Source of the DNA: Paragordius varius
Lineage: Eukaryota > Animalia > Nematomorpha
DNA: 64,000 nucleotides
Direction: 5' to 3'
NCBI GenBank assembly: GCA_964247055.1
Contig: OZ176060.1
Span: forward strand, 930,001-994,000
Shown: positions 26,401-37,191 of the stretch, in pieces
How positions within the stretch are numbered: the stretch's first letter is position 1
Layout: each line of letters starts with the position of its first letter
Notes under the pieces: generated by a model
Databases searched by the model: none
The model's input: only the letters and a program-made list of their open reading frames with translations
What the model was told of the DNA's origin: nothing
Translations under genes and position numbers: made by a program

Positions 26401-27797
26401 AGAAAAACACAGAAAATTATTTATAAGAAGAGTTTCAAGAATATTTTTAATTTCACACAAAAAACACAGCAAATTATTTATAAAAGTTTCAAGAATATTT
26501 TTAATTCCACAAAAAAACACAGACAATTATTTATAAGAAGAGTTTCAAGAATATTTTTAATTCCACAAAAAAAACACAGAAAATTATTTATAAGAAAAGT
26601 TTCAAGAATATTTTTAATTTCACAAAAAACACAGAAAATTATTTATAAAAGTTTCAAGAATATTTTTAATTCCACAAAAAACACAGAAAATTATTTATAA
26701 GAAAAGTTTATGAATATTTTTAATTCCACAAAAAACACAGAAAATTATTTATAAGAGTTTCAAGAATATTTTTAATTCCACAAAAAAACAGAAAATTATT
26801 AATAAGAGTTTCAAGAATATTTTTAATTCCACAAAAAACACAGCAAATTATTTATAAGAGTTTCAAGAATATTGTTAATTCCACAAAAAAACACAGCAAA
26901 TTATTTATAAGAGTTTCAAGAATATTTTTAATTCCACACAAAAAAACAGAAAATTATTTATAAGAGTTTCAAGAATATTTTTAATTCCACAAAAAACACA
27001 GAAAATTATTTATAAGAGTTTCAAGAATATTTTTAATTCCACAAAAAAACAGAAAATTATTAATAAGAGTTTCAAGAATATTTTTAATTCCACAAAAAAC
27101 ACAGCAAATTATTTATAAGAAGAGTTTCAAGAATATTTTTAATTCCACACAAAAAAACAGAAAATTATTAATAAGAGTTTCAAGAATATTTTTAATTCCA
27201 CAAAAAACACAGCAAATTATTTATAAGAGTTTCAAGAATATTGTTAATTCCACAAAAAAACACAGCAAATTATTTATAAGAGTTTCAAGAATATTTTTAA
27301 TTCCACAAAAAAACAGAAAATTATTAATAAGAGTTTCAAGAATATTTTTAATTCCACAAAAAACACAGCAAATTATTTATAAGAAGAGTTTCAAGAATAT
27401 TTTTAATTCCACACAAAAAAACAGAAAATTATTAATAAGAGTTTCAAGAATATTTTTAATTCCACAAAAAAACAGAGAAAATTATTTATAAAAATTTCAC
27501 GAAATTTTAATTTCAAAAAAAAACACAGAAAATTATTTATAAGAGTTTCAAGAATATTTTTAATTCCACAAAAAAACACAGCAAATTATTTATAAGAGTT
27601 TCAAGAATATTTTTCATTCCACAAAAAACACAGCAAATTATTTATAAGAGTTTCAAGAATATTTTTAATTCCACAAAAAACACAGAAAATTATTTATAAG
27701 AAGAGTTTCAAGAATATTTTTAATTCCACAAAAACACAGCAAATTATTTATAAGAAGAGTTTCAAGAATATTTTTAATTCCACAAAAACAGAAAATT
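14425..27797 (+). repeat. Satellite C: 52-bp tandem array (~250 monomers)
   Basis: Consensus TTCCACAAAAAACACAGAAAATTATTTATAAGAGTTTCAAGAATATTTTTAA; TTCCAC recurs at 15306 and 15358 (52 bp). Variants include +AAG (55 bp), CAGCAAA, AAAAGTATTT, A6/A7 run lengths and ~38-bp deletion monomers. The left edge is degenerate. Confidence 0.97.
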
Positions 27798-27879
27798 CGT
27801 AAATTTTATGACATTGTTAAAATATGTTATAAAAAATTATTATTAATATTATTATTAAAAAATTATTATTTATAAAATT

Positions 27880-28287
27880 TTATTCCAAAGAGCGTATTTT
27901 TAATAAAATATTTTCTTTTTTTTTATAACTTTTACTAAAAAACCACATGAATTTTATTATATAAAATCTAAAAAATTATATGTTTTCAAAATGTTTAGAA
28001 AATCTTGATTATAATTGTTGGAAATTTAAAAAAGAGTTATAAAATGTTTTAAGAAAATATTTTTGATTATAATTGTTGGAATTTTAAAAAAAAAGATATA
28101 AAATATAAAACATCATACCTTTAAAGTTAAGTTTAAGAAGCTTTTTGTGATTCGATTTGATCGTTTAAAACTTTTTTTAAGAACTCAAAAACTAAAAACT
28201 TTTTAAAATTTAAAAGAAAATTACTTATAAACTTTTTTAAAATGTTGCTTTTTTCGCTTCTTTAAGAGAAAACCAATGAAAGAAAAT
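27880..28287 (+). repeat. Header D copy 1 (precedes E block 1)
   Basis: AAAAAACCACATG...AATCTTGATTATAATTGTTGG...TACCTTTAAAGTT..GTTTAAGAAGCTT...TTTTTTCGCTTCTTTAAGA...AATGAAAGAAAAT, collinear with 52432-52748. This copy has an internal ~50 bp duplication. Confidence 0.85.
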
Positions 28288-28289
28288 GT

Positions 28290-30895
28290 ATAGAAAATTT
28301 AATAATTTCTTGTTAAATTAATAATTTCTTTTAAAAAAATCCAAAAATAAACGCTTTAATTTATTAAAAAAAGGTTTTTTTTGATTGGAAAATCTACTAA
28401 ATAATAGATATTTTTCAAAATTTCAAAAATAAATTCCATATCTAAGAAGAATTATTTATAAAACTTATTAATAAAAAGGTTTTTTTGATTGATGAAAATT
28501 ACTAAATAATAATTTATATGAAATCTTATAAATTTTCAAAAATATTTATTCCATCTTTTAATCTAAGAAGAATTATCTAAAACAAAGAGGTTTTTTTGAT
28601 CTAAAATCATTTCTTGTTGAAAAAATAAATTTTTCTTTTAAAAATATAAAATGCTCTTTTAAATGCAAAACGCTTTGATTTTTAAATAAAAAGGTTTTTT
28701 TTTTGATTGATGAAAATTACCAAATAATAGATATTTTTCAAAATTTCAAAAATATTCCATCTTTTAAATTTAAGTCGAGTTAATTATAAAAGAAAATAAA
28801 AAAGTTTTTTTGAATGGAAAATTACCAAATAATAGAAAATTAATAATTTTCAAAAATATTTATTCCATCTTTTAAATTTAAAAGAAGAATTATTTATAAA
28901 ACTCAAAAATCAATTTTAAAAACAAAAATCAATTTTAAAAACTAAAATTATTTTTTGTTAAATTAATATATTTTTTTTTAAAAATAAATTCCATCTTTTA
29001 AATGCAAAACGTTTTGATTGATTGGAAAAAAATTTTTAACCAAATAATCTGATAATTTATAAAATAAATTTTAAGTTTAAGAAGAATTATTTAAAACTAA
29101 AATCAATTCTTTTGAATAAATTTTTCTTTTAAAAATGCTCCCTCTATTTTTTGGAAAATTCAAAAAAATGCAATGATTAATAAAAAGTTTTTTTTTGATT
29201 GATGAAAATTACTAAATAATAGCTAATATGAAATCTTACAAAATTTTCAAAAATATTCATTCCATCTTTTAAATTTAAGAATAATTATTTATAAAAATAA
29301 TCTAGAAAACTAAAATCAATTCTTGTTAAATTAATATTTTTTAAAAATAATGATTAATAAAAAGGTTTTTTTTACCGGAAAATAACCAAATAATATGAAA
29401 TTTCATAAATTTTCAAAAATAAAATTATCTAAAACAAAGAGGTAATTAAAAGGTTCTTTTAAATGCAAAAATTATCAAATAATAGCTAATATGAAATTTT
29501 ATAAACTTGTAAAAATATTTATTCCATCTTTTAAATTTAAAAGAAAAATTATTTAAAACAAAAAAAAACTCGAAAACTAAAAAAGTTTTTTTAAATGAAT
29601 AAATTTTTTTTATAAAAATGCTTTTTTAAATGCAAAACGTTTTAATTGATTGGGAAAAAGGTTTTTATTGACTGGAAAATTATTAAATAATAGCTAATAT
29701 GAAATCTTACAAATTTTAAAAATAAATTCCATCTTTTAAATTTAAAAGAAGAATTATCTAAAATAAAAATCATTTTGAATTAAAATCATTTCTTGTTTAA
29801 TTCTTATTAAATTCTTGTTGAATAAATTCCATCTTTTAAAAGCAAAACGTTTTAATTGATTGGGAAAAGGTATTTTTGACTGGAAAATAACCAAATAATA
29901 GATATTTTACAAAATTACACAAATTTTCAAAATAAAATTATCTGAAACAAAGAGTTCTTGAATAAAATAGTTTTTTAAACTGGAAAATTAAATAAAAGTT
30001 AATATGAAATCTCATAATTTTAATAAAAAATATTCCATCTTTTAAATTTAAAAGAAGAATTATTTAAAACAAAGAGATTTCAAAAACTAAAATCATTTCT
30101 TGTTAAATCAATAAATTTTTCTTTTAAAAATGCAAAAATTTTTAAAAATATTCCATCTTTTAAATTTAAGAAGAAATATCTAAAACAAAAAGAGGTCTCG
30201 AAAACTAAAATCATTTCTTATTGAAAAAATAATAATTTATTTAAAAAATATTCCATTTTTAAATTTAAAAGGAAAATTATCTAAAATAAAAAGATAAAAA
30301 CTAAAAAAATTTTCTTTTTTAAATTCAAAACGTTTTGATTCATTGAGAAAAGGTTTTTTTAATTTATTGATGAAAATTACTAAATAATAGATATTTTATA
30401 AAATTTCATAAATTTTTAAAAATATTCATTCCATCTTTTAATTCTTAGAAGAATTATCTAAAACAAAGAGGTCTTCAAAAATTAAAATCAAATCTTATTG
30501 AAAAAACAATAATTTATTTAAAAAAATGCTCTCTTAATAATAGTTAATAAAAGGTTTTTTTTATTAATTAAAAAAGTTTTTTTATTGGAAAATAACCAAA
30601 TAATAGCTAATATGAAATTTTACAAAGTTTCAAAATAAATTCCATCTTTTAAATTTAAGAAGAATTATCTAAAACAAAAAGTTCTCAAAAACTAAAATCA
30701 TTTCTTGTTAAATAATAATATTTATTGTTTAATAAATATATTTTTATTAAAAATAATCTTTATAATAGTTAATAAAAGGATTTTTATGACCAGACAATTA
30801 CCAAATAATAGATATTTTACAAAATTTCAAAAATAAATTCCATCTTTAAGAAGAATTATAAAAAAAAATAAAAAGGTCTCGAAAATTAAAATCAT
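28290..30895 (+). repeat. Family E modular tandem repeat, block 1
   Basis: Recurring modules AAAAGGTTTTTTTGA[T/C]TGGAAAATTACCAAATAATAG, TTCCATCTTT(..)AAGAAGAATTAT, and optional CTAAAATCATTTCTTGTTAAAT / ATGCTCTTTTAAATGCAAAACG. Confidence 0.92.
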
Positions 30896-32730
30896 TCCTG
30901 AGGATTTCCTTTGAAATTCCAAATTATAAAACTTGAAAATAATAAGTAAAAGGAAACAATATAGAAATTGAAATTCTTGATAATAAAAATAATATTATTA
31001 TCTATAATAACAGACTTTTTTGGTTAATTCTGTATTTTTAAGGCTTTTAAACTAAAAAAATTGAAAAATAAAAACTTGAAAATAAAAAAGGAAATAGTCT
31101 AAAAATTGAAATTGATAATAAATATAATATTATTCTCTAAAACAACTTTTTTTATTTATAAATTTTTTACTTAAAAGCTTAACATATTAAAGCGAGTATA
31201 TACTACATTACTCAAGTATTTTAAAAGCAAGGTTTTGAATCTAAAAGAAATTCGAATTTTAAGTATAAACTCGAAAAAAATAAGTAAAAGGAAACAATCT
31301 AGAAAATGAAATTGATAATAAAAATAATATTATTCTTTAAAACAACACTTTTTTTCTTAATAAATCTCTTTTACTTAAAAGCTTAATATTACAGCGAGTA
31401 TAAACTTAATTACTCATTTTAAAGAAAAACTCGAAAATAAAAAAAATAATCTAATTAAAATTGATTATTAAAATAATATTATTCTCAAAAACAACATCTT
31501 TTTTCTGGATAAATCTCTTTTAGTTAAAAGCTTAACAATATTAAAGCGAGTATATACTACATTACTCAAGTTTATTAGACAAAAACTCGAAAAAAATAAG
31601 TAAAAGGAAACTATCTAGAAATTGATAATAAGAATAATATTATTCTTTAATATAAAAATTTTTTTCTTAATAAATCTCTTTTACTTAAAAGCTTAACAAT
31701 ATTACAGCGAGTATTTACTACATTACTCAAGTATATTAAAAACAAGACTTTTATTCTGATAGAAATTTTAAATAAAAACTCGAAAAAAATAAGTAAAAGG
31801 AAAGAATTTAATTAAAACTAAAATTTTTGATAATAATTTTATTATTCTTTAAAATAAACACTTTTTTTCTTAATAAATGTCTTTTAGTTAAAAGCTTATT
31901 TATATTACAGCGAGTATATACTACATTACTCAATTTTAAGGTAAAAACTCGAAAATAAAAAGGAAATAATCTAATTAAAATTGAAATTGATGTTAAAAAT
32001 AATATTATCTAAAATATAGACTTTTTATTAATAAATCTCTTTAGATAGTAATTTCAAATTATAAAAACTTGAAAAAAATAAGTAAAAGGAAATAATCTAG
32101 AAATTAAAATTGTTAATTATAATAATAATAATAATATTATTTGTTCTCTGAAACAACTTTTTTTAAATAAATCTCTTTTACTTAAAAGCTTCTTAATATA
32201 ACAGCGAGTATATACTAAATACTCAAGTTTTTTAAAAAGAAAGACTTTTATTCTAATAGAAATTTCAAATTGAAAAACTCTAATATAAAAAAGGAAAAGA
32301 AAGGAAATAATCTAGAAATTGAAATCGTTAATTAAAATAATAATAATAATATTATTTGTTCTCTGAAACAAAACACTTTTTTTTCTTTATAAATTTCGTT
32401 AATTAAAAGCTTCTTAATATTAAAGCGAGTATACACTACATTACTCAAGTATTTTAAGACAAAGACTTTTATTCTAATAGAAATTCAAATTTAAAAACTT
32501 TTAAAATTAAAAAGTAAAAGTAAATAATCTAGAAATTGAAATTGTTAATTAAAATAATAATAATAATATTATTTGTTCTCTGAAACAAAACACTTTTTTT
32601 CTTGATAAATCTATATTTTAAAAGCTTTCTTGTCCGAGTTAGAACGAGAATAGAAATTTCAAGTAAAAACTCGAAAAAAAAACAAGTAAAAGGAAATAAT
32701 CTAGAAATTGAAATTGTTGATAATACTATA

Positions 32731-33012
32731 CAGTAAAAATTTAAATTCTATGGAAAAAAAAACGTAAAAATATAAAAATAAATATTTTATCTAAAAGACA
32801 ACCATACTTTTAAAATTATATTTTTATATATATACCATTTACAGTTCAAATTCACCCTCAAACAATTAAAATTTACCCGAAAAAGAAATTATGTGTTTTA
32901 GAAACAAATATAACTTATTAATTATATGAAATATATCTGTATGGCGCATAGTTTATTATTTTTATTAAAAACAAATTTTTATTTTTTAAAAATATATTAA
33001 AATATAGGTGAT
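32731..33012 (+). mobile_element. Element B left-half fragment
   Basis: TA|CAGTAAAAA at 32729, GACAACCATAC, inner left arm and central core. Breaks off at AATATAGGTG and resumes with an A tail (AAATATTCCTATGGATTCCC). Confidence 0.72.
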
Positions 33013-33225
33013 TTTAAAGAAAGAAACTAAAATATTCCTATGGATTCCCTTTAAAATTTTTTAAAATTATTTAGTAAAAGGAAACAATCTAGAAATTGAA
33101 ATTAATAAAAATTTTATTATTTATAATAAACTTTTTTCTTAAAAATCTCTTTTAGTAAAAAGCTTCTTAATATTACAGCGAATATATACTACATAACTCA
33201 AGTTTTTTTTAAATATAATAAGTTT

Positions 33226-33651
33226 AATCATAACAATTCAAATTTACACTTGAACAATTTAGATTCACCCATGAACAAGTTTAATCCATCTTTGAACAAT
33301 TTAAATTTATTCTTGAATACTTCAATTTCACCCTTAAACAATTCATATTAACCCTTGAACAAAAAAATATTACCGAAAATTTAAATTCACGCGAAAAATA
33401 ATTCGAATTCACCCCCTTAAACTAAATTCACCCCTCAAACTTTTTTTATGATCAAAATTTACCTTCATTATATAATATATATTTTAAAAATTAAAATCTG
33501 TATTTAATAAATACTGAAAAAATAATAAACCATTCGCCATAAATATATATTTTTTATTAATAATGAGTTATATAAACTACCGGAAAAGCTTATATTTTTT
33601 CAAGGTTGAATTTAAATTGTTCAAGGGTGAATTTGAATTGTAAATGGTATA
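33226..33651 (-). mobile_element. Inverted, diverged copy of the inner part of element B
   Basis: AATAATAAACCATTCGCCATAAATATATATTT (33521-33552) is the reverse complement of the B core AAATATATCTGTATGGCGCATAGTTTATTATT with mismatches. About 8 degenerate 21-mers (AACAATTCAAATTCACCCTTG-like) on the left. Ends in GAATTGTAAATGGTATA. Outer CAGT and GACAACCAT arms are absent. Confidence 0.65.
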
Positions 33652-34294
33652 TTTTAAGAGAAAGAAATTTTTATATCCAATATATTACTGTGGATTCCCT
33701 TTGATATTCCAAATGAAAAACTCGAAAATAAAAACTTGAAAAAAATAAGTAAAAGGTAATAATCTAACTGAAATAGAAATTTTGATAATAAAAATAATAT
33801 TAATGTTTGAAATAAACACTTTTTTCATGATAAATCTCTTTTACTTAAAAGTTTCTTAATATTACAGCGAGTATATACTACATTACTCAAGTATTTTAAA
33901 AGCATGGATTTTTAAATTTCAATTACGAGTGAGGGCGAAAAAAATTTTAAGTAAAAACTCGAAATAAATAATTAAAAGGAAATAATTGAAATTGTTGATA
34001 ATATTGTTATTCTCTAAAACTAAACACTTTATTTCTGGATAAAGTTTCTTTTACTCTTAATATTACAGCGAGTATAAACTTAATTACTCAAGTATTTTAT
34101 AAGCAAGGTTTTATTCTAATAGAAATTCAAATAAAAATTCGAAAATTAAGTAAAAGGCATAATCTAGAAATTGAAATTGATAATAAATATTATTATTCTT
34201 TGAAATAAACACTTTATTTCTTGATAAATCTCTTTTAATTAAAAGCTATTAAGCGAGTATATACTACATTACTTAAGTATTTTAAGACAAAGAA

Positions 34295-34580
34295 AGTATT
34301 GTCCAGAAAATATATATATATTTTATATTTATATAATTTTGTTTAATAAATAATTTTATATAAAAATATATTTCTTATTAATTTTTATTGAAAAAAATTA
34401 AAAATATTATTTTAAAATTTTTAAATTATTATTTTTATGTCGAAAAAATATATATTAATATAATTTTGAAATAATAATTTAATATAAAAATATATTTCTT
34501 ATAGAATTTTTATTAAATAAATTAAAATTATTATTTTGAATTTTTTATATAATTTTTATTATCCAGAAAAAATACATATT
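34295..34580. repeat. Degenerate ~125-138 bp repeat, ~2.3 copies
   Basis: GTCCAGAAAA / GTCGAAAAAA / ATCCAGAAAA at ~34301, ~34438 and 34561. TAAAAATATATTTCTTAT at ~34361 and ~34485. Confidence 0.6.
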
Positions 34581-34919
34581 TTATAATTATAATTAATTTT
34601 AAAACTATTTTTTAACATTAAAATGATTTTTTTTATATAATATTAAATAAATTGTTTATTGTAAAAAATAATTTAATTAAATATATAAAAATAATGGCTT
34701 TAATTTTAAAATCGCAAATAAATATATTTATATAATTATTTTTTACAAATATAATAGAAAAAATTTAATTTTTAACATTTTAAAATAAATAAATTTAAAA
34801 AAAATTAAAATTATTTTAATATATTAACAACAAATAATTTATGTTATAAATAATATTTTTTTTAATTTTAATTTTTTAATTTATTAAATAAGAAACTTTA
34901 TTAAACATTAAAATTATTT

Positions 34920-36055
34920 TTTTGAGTACGACCTTGAGAAAATTGTCGGAATTTTATAAAGTTAAGTTATTAAGTAAATGCTTGAAAAAATTAAGTAAAT
35001 AAGTTTGAATTTTTGAATCTATGATAATTCTGAAGTAAATACTCGAAAAATGAAAATTTTTGGTTGAAAAAAACTACTTTTTAGCGCTAAAATAAGCCTT
35101 GAACCTAAAAAATCAGAGAAAACTTGAAAAAAATAGTTTTTTTAGAGTAATAACTTAAAAATAAGATTTTACTTGAAAAAATTTAAGTTTTAATTTTTGA
35201 AAAATGATAATTCTGAAGTAAATACTTGAAAAAAAAGGAGAATTTTTGGTTAAAGGAACTTTTTGGTAGCCAAAATAACTCCTGAACCTAAAAAATCAGA
35301 GAAAACTCGAAAAAAATAAGTGTTTTTAGAGTAAAAACTAAAAAAATAAGATAGATAGCAAATAAATATACTTAAAAAAAAACCAGACTTAAAAGTTAAA
35401 AAATCAATTTTTCCGATATTTTTTAAGTAAAAAATATGAAATAATTAATGAAAATACTTAAAACAAGTCAATGATTTTCTTTAGAGTACGACCTTAAGAA
35501 ATTGTCAAGGCTTGAAAAAAAGTAGGTAAATACTTGAAAAAATTTAAAAGGTTTTAACTTGTAAAAAAGAAAGGTTACTCGAAGGAAATGCGAAAACTCG
35601 AAAAATTGAAGTTTTTTTGATAATTTTAGAGTACGACCTTAAAGAAATTGTCAAGGCTTGTAAAAAAGTAAGTTGTGTTTCTGAGTAAATACTTAAAAAA
35701 GTTAAGTATTTGTAAAAAAATAAGTTTTACTAGTGTGAAAATTGATAATTTTACAGTAAATACTTGAAAAAATGAAAATTTTTGGTTGAAAATAAACTTT
35801 TTTTGGTAAGAATAACCCTTAGACTCGAAAATGTTTGAGTTTTGAGGCTAAAAATGAGTTTTGACATTTTTTTTAAGTAAAAACTTGAAAAAAGTGAGTA
35901 TTAACTTGATAAATTGAGAATATACTCGAATAAATACGAGACTTTAAAGTGAAAAAATTAATTTTTCCGACATTTTTTAAGTAAAACCTTTAAAAATCGA
36001 GTATTAACTTGAGAATTGAGAATATATTCGAAAAAACAAGACTTTAGAGTTTAAT
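34920..36055. repeat. Family F: mosaic of duplicated modules, slightly GC-richer
   Basis: GAGTACGACCTT at 34924, 35484 and 35629. 183-bp tandem duplication GATAATTCTGAAGTAAATAC...GAACCTAAAAAATCAGAGAAAAC at 35023 and 35206, with a partial third copy at 35744. GAGTATTAACTTGA..AATTGAGAATATA.TCGAA twice (~35898, ~35999). AATTTTTCCGA.ATTTTTTAAGTAAAA twice. Confidence 0.8.
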
Positions 36056-36110
36056 ATTATATTCCTTTTTCATTAGATAAAAAGTTTTTTGCAGACATAC
36101 TTTTATATTA

Positions 36111-36628
36111 TACATACATTCATTCATTGATCACCTGATTTTTTGCTTTACGGATGTGCCTGTATGATTAAAACTAGTTTATAAAAATTATTATTGTCGC
36201 ATTTATTATAATTTTTTTAACGAGAAAAATGTTTTATATCATACATACATTCATTCATTGATCACCTGTCTTCTTTTCACGATCACCTGATTTTTTAAAG
36301 ACCTACTTGAGTTACTCTTTATATTATACATTCAAATGTTTAAAATTACCTGATTTATATATTTTTAAGAATTCGCAGATACTAAGTTTAATTATTTTCT
36401 CAGATATATCGAATTTAGATATGTAAAATTTTATATAAATATAGTTTTTTATTTTTTAGTTTAATACATTCATTCATTGATCACCTGATTTTTTGCTTTA
36501 TGTAACTGTTATAGAATTGTTATTAAAAAATCACCCCTTATAGTTTATAAAAATTATTATTGTCGCATTTATTTAGATTTTTTTAAACGGGAAAAATGCA
36601 TTCATTCATTAATCACCTGATTTTTTAT
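36111..36628. repeat. Four copies of CATTCATTCATT[G/A]ATCACCTG forming two ~131-bp direct-repeat-bounded modules
   Basis: Motif starts at 36117, 36248, 36467 and 36599 (spacings 131/219/132). Both modules contain TAGTTTATAAAAATTATTATTGTCGCATTTATT. Extra GATCACCTG at 36281. Confidence 0.85.
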
Positions 36629-36823
36629 TCACATCTTGCGGTTTTAAATTGAAAAAAATTATTTTATATCCGTAAATAATTTTAAACTGAGGTATATTTT
36701 AAATATCGAAAATATTCAAATAAATTTTTAGTTTTTTAATTTATCAAAATTATAAATAAAACTTTTAAAATTCGAATTCACCCTTGAAAAATTTAATTTT
36801 CAAAAAAAATATAATAATAATTT

Positions 36824-36950
36824 ATTTTAAAATTATTCAATTAATATATATTTTTTTATTAAAAAACAATTTTAATTTAAATATCGAAATAATATTCAGA
36901 AAAAATAATAAATTTTATAACAATGATATATATTTCATATTAATAATAAT
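36824..36950 (+). repeat. Dispersed duplicate of 13668-13800
   Basis: ATTTTAAAATTATTCAATTAATATATATTTTTT...AAAAAACAATTTTA.TTTAAATATCGAAATAATATTCA.AAAAAATAATAAATT.TATAA.AATGATATAT..TTCATATTAAT is shared between the two loci. Confidence 0.85.
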
Positions 36951-37167
36951 ATATTAATAGTGAGTTTTAGTTTTAATTTCAAAAAAACATAATAATAATT
37001 TATTTTAAAATTATTTAATTAATATATATTTTATTTTTATTAAAAAAAATAATTATTTTATAGGCTTATTAAGCATTTTTAAAAAATTCTATATATATAT
37101 AAATAATATAAAATTTTAACCATATTTTAAAAATTAATTTTTTATTTTTTTATGTATGCGATTACAT

Positions 37168-37191
37168 TTTAGGGTAATTTTATACCCTAAA
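37168..37191. other. Palindromic hairpin, copy 1
   Basis: TTTAGGGTA-ATTTTA-TACCCTAAA, perfect 9-bp stem. Confidence 0.8.

Larger units (their letters stand above)
30896..34290 (+). repeat. Family A block 2
   Basis: About 11 GCGAGTA-type cores (31192-34253) with the same leader modules. Contains B fragments. Confidence 0.93.

Noticed and set aside
35738-35765. ATTGATAATTTTACAGTAAA resembling the left junction of B
   Set aside because: Similarity stops after ~20 bp, no B arms follow, and the segment is a variant of the F module GATAATTCTGAAGTAAA.
37168-37191. Plant-type telomere repeat (TTTAGGG/CCCTAAA) or telomeric character of the GGG words in B
   Set aside because: It is a single inverted pair, the other two copies lack TTTAGGG, and there is no tandem telomeric array.
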